The translations under genes were made by a program, and so were the position numbers. From NCBI GenBank assembly GCA_020348925.1, contig CP070758.1:2557688-2621687 (forward strand): a stretch of DNA of 64,000 nt, written 5' to 3'. Below are positions 1 to 9,214 of this stretch, piece by piece; positions within the stretch are counted from its first letter, which is position 1, and each line of letters begins with the position of its first letter. The notes under the pieces were generated by a model. It saw only the letters and a list, made by a program, of their open reading frames with translations, searched no databases and was not told the origin of the DNA. The DNA is from Gemmatimonadota bacterium. Lineage in GTDB: Bacteria; JBHIER01; G020348925.

Positions 1-2781
1 AATCTGAAGAAACTGGAGATATTGTCGCTTGGAGATAACGTGCTCTCTGGCACGATTCCACCGGAAGTCTGTAACTTGACGGCGTTGCAAGTTCTCTCCC
101 TCACAGGAAACCGACTATCCGGTTCCATCCCTCTTGGAATAGGTAACTTGACAACTCTGCAGATATTATCACTTGGGGGTAATCAGCTCGAAGATTCCAT
201 TCGATATGAAATCGGAAATCTGACAGAATTGAAGGTATTGTCACTTGGGGGCAATCTACTCTCAGGTATCATCCCGACGAAAATTGTCAACCTGACAGAT
301 TTAGAGGCGTTGCAACTTGGCGGTAATCAGCTTACAGGTCCCATTCCACCTGGAATCGGAAGTCTGTCGAAATTGAAGGTAATATCGCTGGGAAGTAATA
401 TGCTTTCGGGTCCCATTCCGGCTGGAATTAGTAGCCTGACACAATTGGAAGCCTTATATCTATTGGGCAACCAACTTTCAGGTTCCATTCCTTCCGGAAT
501 AAATAACTTGATAAAATTGAAAGTAATGTACTTAGGGAGCAATCAACTCTCGGGTTCCATACCGGCTGGAATCGGCAGCCTGGCGGAAATGGAGAACTTG
601 CACCTTGGTGAAAACCAACTCTCCAGTACCATCCCGTCAAAAATTGGAGACCTGTTAAAATTAAAGAGATTGTATCTTCAAAATAACCAGTTATCCGGTC
701 CGATCCCTTCAAGTTTCACAAATCTGACGGCTCTAATAGACAGCGTTAGCCTTCATGTCGGTTATAATAAATTATTTAGTGATGAACCTACTGTGATTGA
801 CTTTCTGAATATAAAAGATCCAGACTGGGCACAGACCCAGACCGTGGCCCCGGCCAATATCATTTGTAGCACCATTGAAATCACAAGGGTTGAATTGTCG
901 TGGGACCCCATTCTGTACACGTGGGATAGTGGTGGGTATATCGTCTCCTATGGTTTGGAAATCGGGGGGCCCTATGATGTCGTTGACACTACTGCAGGCA
1001 AAACCGTAACAAACCTGACAGCCTTCGGCCTGAGTAAAAATACACAATACTATTTTTATATAACCACGCATACCCCGCCGCATGGCTTTCAACAGAATGA
1101 TCTTATCAGCGCCCCAAGTGAAACACTATCAGTAAGAACTCTGCCCGATGCGGATGGAGATGGGATTGCGGACGGCGATGATAACTGTCCAGACGATGCC
1201 AATCCTGATCAGGGTAATTCGGACACAGACTCTCATGGTGATTTGTGCGACAACTGTCCAAATGAGAACAATGAAGATCAGGCTGACGATGATGGTGATG
1301 GTGTGGGCGATGCCTGCGACGTCTGCCCTGGCTATGACGACACGCAGGATGGCGACGGTGACGGAGTCCCGGATGATTGTGACAATTGTCTGAGTGATTA
1401 CAACCCGGGACAGGAGAACGCGGATGGTGACGCTTTAGGGGATTCGTGCGACAACTGCCCGGAACATTACAACGACCCTCCTCAGACGGACTCGGACGGA
1501 GACGGGGTTGGGGACCTCTGTGATCTCTGTCCTGGATTTGACGATACCCAGAACGCCGACACGGATACCATTCCGAATGGATGTGACAATTGCGATGATG
1601 TCTACAACCCCGACCAGGCGAATTCAGATGCCGATACGCTGGGCGATGCCTGCGATAATTGTCCGGATGATGACAACGACGACCAGGTCGACGGGGACAG
1701 CGACGGAGTGGGCGATGTGTGCGATAACTGCCCATTGGTGCCAAATCCCGGCCAGGGGGACGCCGACGGCGACGGAGTAGGAGATCTCTGCGAGACGGAC
1801 GCCGACGGAGACGGTATCGCCAATGATGAGGACAATTGCATGACCGTCCCGAATCCGGATCAAGCCGATGGGGATGGCGACGATGTGGGCGATGTGTGCG
1901 ACAATTGCCCGGCAGTGTTCAATCCCCGCGATGTTGATATTGACGGCGACTTAATTCCTGATCAGCCCGATTCAGACGCCGACTCAGTCGGCGATGGCTG
2001 CGACAACTGCCCGCTCGATTTCAATCCTATTCAGGAGGATATTGATGGCGATGACATGGGCGATTCGTGCGACTACTGCTGGAATGATTTCATGAATGAC
2101 GAGGATAGTGATGGAGTCTGCGGTGACGTGGACAACTGCCCCAGGATCTCAAATCCCGGCCAGGAGGATGGTGACCATGACGGCGTGGGCGATGTGTGCG
2201 ATGGCTGTCCATCCGATTCGACAAAGACCGAGCCGGGCATCTGTGGCTGTGGCGTGCCTGATACTGACGGGGACGGTGATGGCCTCATACACTGCGACGA
2301 CAATTGTCCGGACGAATATAACCCGACTCAGGCCGATGCGGACGGAGACAGTGTTGGCGATGTGTGCGATAACTGTCCGGATATTGCCAACGCCGATCAG
2401 GCCAATTCGGACAGTGACAGCCTCGGTAATGATTGCGACAACTGTCCGACCGTGTATAATCCTGATCAGGTGGACAGTGACGGGGACGGGAGAGGCGACG
2501 CCTGTGAAGGTCTCAACGGCGATGTAAACGACGACGGGCGGATCGACATTCTGGATGCGCTGGCCTTAATTGACCACATTTTGGAGATCCAGCCCCTGGA
2601 TGAATATGCTCTTAGTCTGGCAGACTGTAACGGTGACGGGGATATCGACATTCGGGACGTATTGGGCATCATAAATGTTATTCTGGGGATTGGTGAGTGT
2701 ACGCCGGGAGTCAGCAAACAGGAAACGGTCCATGAGACGACCCCTGAACCCAAGGAGTTTATGAAGCCGCTAGGGAAATAA
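1..2781 (+). CDS. 5'-truncated extracellular protein: plant-type LRRs + FN3-like domain + many thrombospondin type-3 Ca-binding repeats + C-terminal dockerin
   Basis: Frame is open from base 1 (NLKKLEILSLGDN...). ~24-aa repeats LxxLxLxxNxLSGxIPxxIGxL; FN3-like segment (LSWDP...Y.VSYG...L..NTQYYF); repeated DxDxDGVGDxCDNC; two Ca loops GDVNDDGRIDILD and ADCNGDGDIDIRD. Confidence 0.88.
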   Translation, partial: NLKKLEILSLGDNVLSGTIPPEVCNLTALQVLSLTGNRLSGSIPLGIGNLTTLQILSLGGNQLEDSIRYEIGNLTELKVLSLGGNLLSGIIPTKIVNLTDLEALQLGGNQLTGPIPPGIGSLSKLKVISLGSNMLSGPIPAGISSLTQLEALYLLGNQLSGSIPSGINNLIKLKVMYLGSNQLSGSIPAGIGSLAEMENLHLGENQLSSTIPSKIGDLLKLKRLYLQNNQLSGPIPSSFTNLTALIDSVSLHVGYNKLFSDEPTVIDFLNIKDPDWAQTQTVAPANIICSTIEITRVELSWDPILYTWDSGGYIVSYGLEIGGPYDVVDTTAGKTVTNLTAFGLSKNTQYYFYITTHTPPHGFQQNDLISAPSETLSVRTLPDADGDGIADGDDNCPDDANPDQGNSDTDSHGDLCDNCPNENNEDQADDDGDGVGDACDVCPGYDDTQDGDGDGVPDDCDNCLSDYNPGQENADGDALGDSCDNCPEHYNDPPQTDSDGDGVGDLCDLCPGFDDTQNADTDTIPNGCDNCDDVYNPDQANSDADTLGDACDNCPDDDNDDQVDGDSDGVGDVCDNCPLVPNPGQGDADGDGVGDLCETDADGDGIANDEDNCMTVPNPDQADGDGDDVGDVCDNCPAVFNPRDVDIDGDLIPDQPDSDADSVGDGCDNCPLDFNPIQEDIDGDDMGDSCDYCWNDFMNDEDSDGVCGDVDNCPRISNPGQEDGDHDGVGDVCDGCPSDSTKTEPGICGCGVPDTDGDGDGLIHCDDNCPDEYNPTQADADGDSVGDVCDNCPDIANADQANSDSDSLGNDCDNCPTVYNPDQVDSDGDGRGDACEGLNGDVNDDGRIDILDALALIDHILEIQPLDEYALSLADCNGDGDIDIRDVLGIINVILGIGECTPGVSKQETVHETTPEPKEFMKPLGK

Positions 2782-2815
2782 TTCCTCATGGTAATATAGC
2801 CGAATATAGCGGTAT

Positions 2816-2837
2816 AGCCGGGTCGGACCAAGGTAAC
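2816..2837. repeat. Short copy of intergenic direct repeat (AGCCGGGTCGGAyCAAGGTAAC)
   Basis: Matches 3081-3102 at 21 of 22 nt. Confidence 0.8.
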
Positions 2838-3080
2838 CTGCTGATAGTCAAAGGATATTGTCCCACATGTAGGCGTTTACAACCTTAAAACCCCATTTTC
2901 AGGGTCGAAATCACTGGTGTAAGCAACCTTCGGCTCTTTTCGCGGAAATGAATTCCCTTCACCATCTACATGATACTCTTTGCCTCGGATGCCTGATTTT
3001 ACTTTCGTCTCTGCCACAAATCCCTTATTTCCAATAGCTCTGCTCTCAGTCCATAGGCTGTCCCGAACAGCTTCCCTGCC

Positions 3081-3188
3081 AGCCGGGTCGGATCAAGGTA
3101 ACTGATTGAAATGCAACGAAAATGTGTTGAAAATACTATCTGATTTCGCCTTAGAATGACAATTTTGACATGAAAATAAGAGATTTAA
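3081..3188. repeat. ~100-bp degenerate direct repeat, copy A
   Basis: 3087-3188 aligns without gaps to 3367-3468, with about 13 mismatches in 102 nt (hand count). Confidence 0.9.
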
Positions 3189-3366
3189 CATCTCGGTAAT
3201 TCTACGATTTCCGAGATGTATCAGGGGATTTGGGGGAAAGGATACGCTTTCCCATAAGGGGTAACAGGATTTCGATGTGATCTGGCGGAGCATCTACATC
3301 CGCCATTTCCCGAAAGCTTTTTAATCGTAATTATAGCCTAACAATTGGATCAAGTAGTATGGCAGT

Positions 3367-3468
3367 GTCGGGCCAAGGTAACTGATTGATATGCAAGGTA
3401 AATGTGTTGAAAATACCCTCTGATTTCGTCTTAGAATAGCAATTTTGACATGAAAATGAGCTATTTAA
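3367..3468. repeat. ~100-bp degenerate direct repeat, copy B
   Basis: Ungapped match to 3087-3188 at a 280-nt offset. Confidence 0.9.
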
Positions 3469-4018
3469 AAGAGTGTGAAATCCGAAGTGGTTAAAAGGAT
3501 GGTAACTGTATAGGAATGACCTGTGGTTGGTGGTAGGGAAGGGCAGTTTGGCGAAGAAAGGAAGCTGTCCCTGCAAAACTGCTCGTATCTGAGAGGTATG
3601 TATTTTACTCCCAAAAGAGTGCATTAAGCTATAAAAACATCCATATTTTAGATACTAACCACTGAATAGCAACACGTTAGATTGGCCCGACTCCGGACGT
3701 CACATGATGCCGAAACAATATCAGACGCATGTGTACAATTGGAATCTCGAAAATTCATCCCCTCAAAAACAACTTCCCATTCAATTTTTCCCTCTGTCGA
3801 AGCTTCTCCGTGTTCTTCAGAATATGAACCTGAGGCGTCTCTATTTACAATTTTTGTCTGTTCTAAAATGGTGTACAAAAAATTACTATCCATTGTATGG
3901 ATATATACTGTAAAGTAATTAAATACTTAAAAAAATTCATATATTAATATATGTAAAAGTATGTCATTATTTGTATCAAAAATGAGGATATCCCTTCGAT
4001 AATGTCACCATTCTGCTC

Positions 4019-4046
4019 TTGACAAATAAGAAAAAGTATGTAGTAT
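4019..4046 (+). promoter_or_regulatory. Putative sigma70-type promoter upstream of the decarboxylase locus
   Basis: TTGACA-N16-TAGTAT in AT-rich DNA, ~560 nt before the CDS at 4603. Confidence 0.4.
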
Positions 4047-4602
4047 TGAAACAGTTTCCTCAATTTTTTTGAGAATCACACCATTTTTATGGAAGAGGGA
4101 TACAGGCAAAAGGAGATTTTCTTCGTTACAATTCAATAGCGTGTGGGTTATCCAGCTGTGAACAAATGAGGCACTTTCAGTGGCAGAATGGCCTCTCCCT
4201 TGGGGCAAGAGCATTCTCTGTCTCAGAGCTTATTGTTATTCTTTATCGGAATCCAGATGTGAACGGGATGAAGGATAAATTTCACTTTTTTTCAGAAGTT
4301 CAAAGAGAAGGGTCTGATAATGAGTTTTGTGCATTGCGGAACGCATAACCTAAAATTGCAGCCTGTTTCCCTTGAACCAGCTTCTGGTCAGCTGTGAAAT
4401 GGTTTTCGACTGGATCTTCGGTAGGGAGTTCAAAAATTTCGTTCCCATCCTTTGTAGGTGGCAATATTTCACTCGGCGATAGCGTGTCAAGAAATATATC
4501 GTACGAAAACGGGGTGGACTGCACATGAACAGACACCAATCGTAACTGCTCACGGCAAACAGAGAACAGTGAGCCCCATATCAGGGGATAGGAGGAGAGA
4601 AA

Positions 4603-6570
4603 ATGTCCGATAACAAGAATATCGAGAAGAGTAAAGGCTGCGCGGATCCGGACGGCAATCCCAATATCCCGTATGGCCCCGAACAGAAGCCGTGGGGGGA
4701 GTTGGTGCCGGGGGGCGCGGATATTACCGGGCCCAGTGAGGACCCAATCGATGTGTACCCGCGTGTGCCGCCACCAAATTTGACAGAAAAATTTCCCGAG
4801 ATTCACTACAGGAAGTTTGAAATCCCACCAAAGGGTCTGACAGACGGCCAACGAAAGGATGCTCTGAAGGAGTTCAGGGATTTTGCGGAGGAGCAGCACA
4901 GGTGGTTTACCGGTTACCAGACCAACCAGAACCAGCCATACTCTCTGCGCCTCTCGTGGCTTCTGGATATGCATACGAACAATGTTGGCGATCCCTTCCA
5001 AACCGGCATATTCACGCTGAATACCAAGTTCTGCGAGCGCGCTGTCCTGGACTACTTTGCCGCGTTGTGGAATGCTCCGTGGCCGCACCACGACGATACC
5101 ATCACAGAGAGGTATCCGGACCGTTACTGGGGCTATGTGTTGTCCATGGGCTCCACCGAAGCAAATGTCTATGGGCTCTTCAACGCGCGCGACTACCTCA
5201 AGGGTCGTGCGCTCATTGAGGACCCTGAAACGGAGCCGCTGGAGAAGAAATTCATGTACGCCGATCCGCTTTCCAAGCCCGACAACCCGAATGCCTACAA
5301 ACCCATCGTCTTCTATTCCCAGGATACGCACTATTCGGTGGTCAAGGCCGTCCGTATTTTGGAGTTGACCACGTTCTACCAGGAAGGGCGCATGAAGTAT
5401 CCGGGCCAATGTCCCATCACCGAGAATGGGGAATGGCCCAAGGAGGTCCCGTCGCAGGATATTGATAACGGCAATTCCGGGACGATCGATGTTTCAGCCC
5501 TGAAGGAGCTCGTTCACTTCTTCGTCAAGCGCGGTTACCCTCCCCTGATTGTGCTCAACTTTGGCTCGACGTGGAAGGGCGCTTATGACGAAGTGCCTGC
5601 CGTAAACACGATGCTCAGGGATTTGCGCTATGAGTTCCCCTGGGTGTGGGAGCGAAGGGTTCACTACGATCCCGACAGGCCCAAGCTCTATGACGTACGG
5701 CGTGGTTTCTGGCTGCACGTGGACGGTGCCCTGGGCGCGGGCTACATGCCCTTCGTCGAGATGGCCTATAATCAGGGCAAGATCGAGTGGCGGGGTCCGA
5801 TTTTCGATTTCCGCAACGAGGCGGTCATGAGCATCTGTACGTCAATGCACAAGTGGTTCGGTGCCCCGTGGCCTGGGTCGGTCTACCTGACGCGCACCGG
5901 CTACCAGCTCAGGCCGCCAACCACGCCCAGTTACATTGGCGCGGCGGATACAACCCTGGGCGGCTCACGAAATGCGTTCTCGTCGGTGATCTTCTGGGAC
6001 TACTTGTCGCGCCATAGCTACCAGGACAGCATGCATGAGGTCCTTGAGTGCGAGGAGGCTGCAAGCCACCTGGTGAGTGAATTGAAAAGCCTGGAGAGTG
6101 ACCTGAAGAAAAAATTCGGTGACGAGGTCGATTTGTGGATCGCCCGCTCCAAGCTGTCCCTGGCCGTTCGCTTCCGCCTGGTGAACCCGACTATCAAATA
6201 CAAGTTTACGGTCGACTCCGAGCGCCTGTGGGTACCCATTTCCGAAACTGAGGAACAGGAGCGCACGTACTCGCATGTCTACGTCATGCAGTCATTGATG
6301 GCAGAAAAAAAGAGGCCGGTGAAGGATGAAAAGAGGAAACCGGAGGCGGTGGAAAGGTATAGAATCATCGACGAATTGATGAAGTCCATCCGGAAGGCCT
6401 GCAAGGATGACTGGCACCATGCGTTTCCCGAATGGGACGGCGACCAGCCCAATCCCGGACGCACGAAACCGATCACCGCACCCGCTCGCGCCAAGGACAA
6501 CGTCATCATGTTCGTCCCGCATGAAGGCCGGGGCCTGGGCTCGTTTGTGCATCCGTCCAAGCGCGGTTAG
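4603..6570 (+). CDS. Group II PLP-dependent amino-acid decarboxylase, histidine/serine decarboxylase-like
   Basis: SD GGAGGAG. Motifs GYQTNQ, NNVGDPF, ERAVLDYFA, WGYV.SMGSTEAN.YGL, THYS..K, LHVDGALG, SMHKWFG (PLP lysine), TLGGSRN. Confidence 0.88.
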   Translation: MSDNKNIEKSKGCADPDGNPNIPYGPEQKPWGELVPGGADITGPSEDPIDVYPRVPPPNLTEKFPEIHYRKFEIPPKGLTDGQRKDALKEFRDFAEEQHRWFTGYQTNQNQPYSLRLSWLLDMHTNNVGDPFQTGIFTLNTKFCERAVLDYFAALWNAPWPHHDDTITERYPDRYWGYVLSMGSTEANVYGLFNARDYLKGRALIEDPETEPLEKKFMYADPLSKPDNPNAYKPIVFYSQDTHYSVVKAVRILELTTFYQEGRMKYPGQCPITENGEWPKEVPSQDIDNGNSGTIDVSALKELVHFFVKRGYPPLIVLNFGSTWKGAYDEVPAVNTMLRDLRYEFPWVWERRVHYDPDRPKLYDVRRGFWLHVDGALGAGYMPFVEMAYNQGKIEWRGPIFDFRNEAVMSICTSMHKWFGAPWPGSVYLTRTGYQLRPPTTPSYIGAADTTLGGSRNAFSSVIFWDYLSRHSYQDSMHEVLECEEAASHLVSELKSLESDLKKKFGDEVDLWIARSKLSLAVRFRLVNPTIKYKFTVDSERLWVPISETEEQERTYSHVYVMQSLMAEKKRPVKDEKRKPEAVERYRIIDELMKSIRKACKDDWHHAFPEWDGDQPNPGRTKPITAPARAKDNVIMFVPHEGRGLGSFVHPSKRG

Positions 6571-6805
6571 CGTCATACTGGAACTGATTGGATGACTGTC
6601 AGGTCTTCTGCCTGAGGAATAAAAAGGAGACACTCTTTACAATACAATTTACCACATAAGGTTACATGTATTTTTTCTAAAGGCGGCAATCTTCTTTTCA
6701 GATTATCGTGGTTCGGTTGAAAGATTTGAGTGAAAAAGAACCATAGATTTTGAATCCCAGATGGACGAAAGAAAAAATGTATTTTCCAAATAGGAGGATG
6801 AGAAC

Positions 6806-8998
6806 GTGATCCTGTGGATTCTAAGTTTCTTGGTCTTGGCTCTTCTGCTTCTTTTCATTGATTACAGAAAGTTGGCAGCTCTCAAAAAACTGGTATTGCC
6901 GTTTTTCATCGTATTGTGTCTGTCCTGCCTGATTTTAACAATAATCCTCATATACGCGCACCTTAGATATAAGAACGAAATCATTCAATCGACCAAGTCC
7001 AGCTTGATCAGCCTCACGGTCGAAGCAAGAAAAGGGATAGAAAGAATCCTGCAGGAAACTATGGACGCGGCCGAATCCATCGCGGATGACGTGACCTCGG
7101 GAAAACTGAAAGACGACGAGATACTCGACAGGCTCAAAACAACAGCAGAGCAAAACAAAAATTTTTACGGAATCAACATAGCTTACAAACCATATGCCTA
7201 TTCACCTGACAGGAAATTGTATTCACCGTACTTTGGAAAAAAAGGTGGCGTGCTTACGTTTTCACAACTTGATAAGATTTACGACTACACCAAACCGGAG
7301 TACGAATGGTACACGCTCGCCATGGAGAAGGGACCGAGGTGGTGCGAACCATATTTCGGTGAGGCCGGGCTTACCTTGATCAGTACCTACTCTGCTCTTT
7401 TCTATGAAACCGATACTGCAGCGCAGAGAAAAGATCCCATAGGGGTCGTGACGATTGATATCTCCCTGGATCAGATTGGGAAGATCATTCGCTCCCTGGA
7501 CCTGGGACCGAGTGGCTTCGGGGCGCTGTTGTCTCAAAAAGGACGCTATCTGTACCATCCCAATAACGAGTACGTGTTGAGCGGAAAGACGATCCTCGAG
7601 TTGGGCGAGGAGCTCAACGACGCAGACAGATTATAATTGGGCGAAAAAATATTGAAAGGGGAGCGGGGGATTCTCGACCATGTCAGCTCCACAACCGGTC
7701 TGTCCGCATGGCTGATTTACGAACCCGTGCCCCTCAACGGCTGGTCGTTGAATAATACCTTTATCAAAAGCGATATAGAGATGAATGTGGATTCCCTCCG
7801 AAAACAGCTGGTGCGGATATGTGTTGTTGCACTCCTGTTCCTCTGGTCTCTGGCGTCAATTGTATTGGGAGTTCATCGAGGGAATGAGAAAAGACTTTGG
7901 TTGATGTCTGCAGTAACTGCCGTTCTATTTTTGGCTGGAATCGGATACGTCTGGCACTTAGCTCTGAGTTTCAACAGGGATAATGATGAAGATACTGTAA
8001 GAATCACAACCCAGCCGACCTTGAACACTCTCATGAACAAGTATACCGAAGAGTGCGCTGGACGACACACCGAGCCGCCGGTGTATATTCGCACCGGCAT
8101 TTTTCTCGAATCGGTCAGGCTTACCGGTGCCTGTGACGTAGCCGTTTCGGGTTTCATCTGGCAAACATACAGTGACAGCATGCACGGGGGCTTGGCCCGT
8201 GAGTTTCAGATCGGCGATGCGCAAGATGTAAAAGTCACCGAGATCTATCGTCACAAGGAAGGGGATGAGGAGATCCTTCGATGGTCTTTTCAAGCAAGTC
8301 TGACCGAAGGTTTTGACGATTCCGAATATCCGCTGAATCAGGAGACAATCTCGATTCCACTCCTACACAAAGATTTAAACCATAACGTGGTCTTGGTTCC
8401 CGATCTGAGGGCCTATAGGGTGACCAGCCCAACCTCTCTTCCGGGCCTGGAGAAAGATATACTCGTTCCAGGATGGACGGTGATGCGATCCTTTTTCAAT
8501 TTCAGAAAAAGGACGTACGATACTGATTTCGGAGTGGAGCGATCGGTCCTCAAGGAGAATTTTCCCGCACTCGCCTTGAGCGTGGTTGTCAGGAGAAATT
8601 TTCTGGATTCCTTCGTTTCATGTCTTACGCCCCTCATCGTTGTCGCCCTTCTTCTTTTCAGTATATTCTTTCTATCGACAAAAGATCCTGAGAAGATAAA
8701 GCTGCTCGGTGTGAGTCCTGGACGTTTTTTAGGGTTTTGCGCAGGTCTTTTCTTCGTCGTGGTGTTCAGTCACATCGGAACGAGGGAGGCGGTTTCCGCA
8801 AAAGAGATCTTCTACCTGGAGTATTTCTACCTTGTGATGTATCTGACGCTGCTGTGGGTCTCGGTGAACGCCATTTTACATATCCTGGCGGATAAGATTC
8901 TCTTTATCCAGTACAGTGATAATCTCATTTCGAAGCTGCTCTATTGGCCCGTACTGCTTGCGCTCCTGTTCGGGATCACCGTAGTATTCTTTTATTAA
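6806..8998 (+). pseudogene. dCache-fused pentameric ligand-gated ion channel, interrupted by one in-frame TAA at 7634-7636 (nonsense mutation or sequence error)
   Basis: ORFs 6806-7636 and 7637-8998 share a frame and the break falls inside the Cache domain. Order: N-terminal TMs, dCache (YEWY...W.EPYF...GVVTIDISL...G.YLYHPN), 2 TMs, pLGIC-type ECD (GIFLESV, GFIWQTY, EYPL Pro-loop, GWTV), VVRR pre-M1, four TM helices. Confidence 0.8.
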
Positions 8999-9214
8999 GA
9001 GCACATCTGGAGACTCTGTGAAATGTATACGTTACCTGCGATGAAAGGCGGTCATGGTGGAAAAGACAGTGATGGTAAAAATGGTGACGGTATCCTTATT
9101 GCGTGTGGGATAATGAGGATCGTCTGACTCTGTTCATTCCCAAATGATAGTTATTACAAGAGAATTTCTGAATGAAAATACGTTTTCGTGAAATTGGAGA
9201 GAAAGGAGATTCAC

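Noticed and set aside
1140-2510. Repetitive DNA suggesting a CRISPR or tandem array
   Set aside because: These are protein-level TSP3 repeats with synonymous variation inside a CDS; no identical repeat-spacer pattern and no cas genes.
2816-3468. Repeats as a CRISPR array or integron attC sites
   Set aside because: Spacing of ~270 nt is too long for CRISPR, and I found no clear RYYYAAC...GTTRRRY inverted structure, cassette ORFs or integrase.
3648-3918. Short overlapping ORFs in the AT-rich spacer
   Set aside because: No SD or motif support; might be a decayed gene but cannot be called.
4300-5409. 369-aa minus-strand ORF
   Set aside because: Mostly antisense to the decarboxylase and has no recognisable motifs; shadow ORF.
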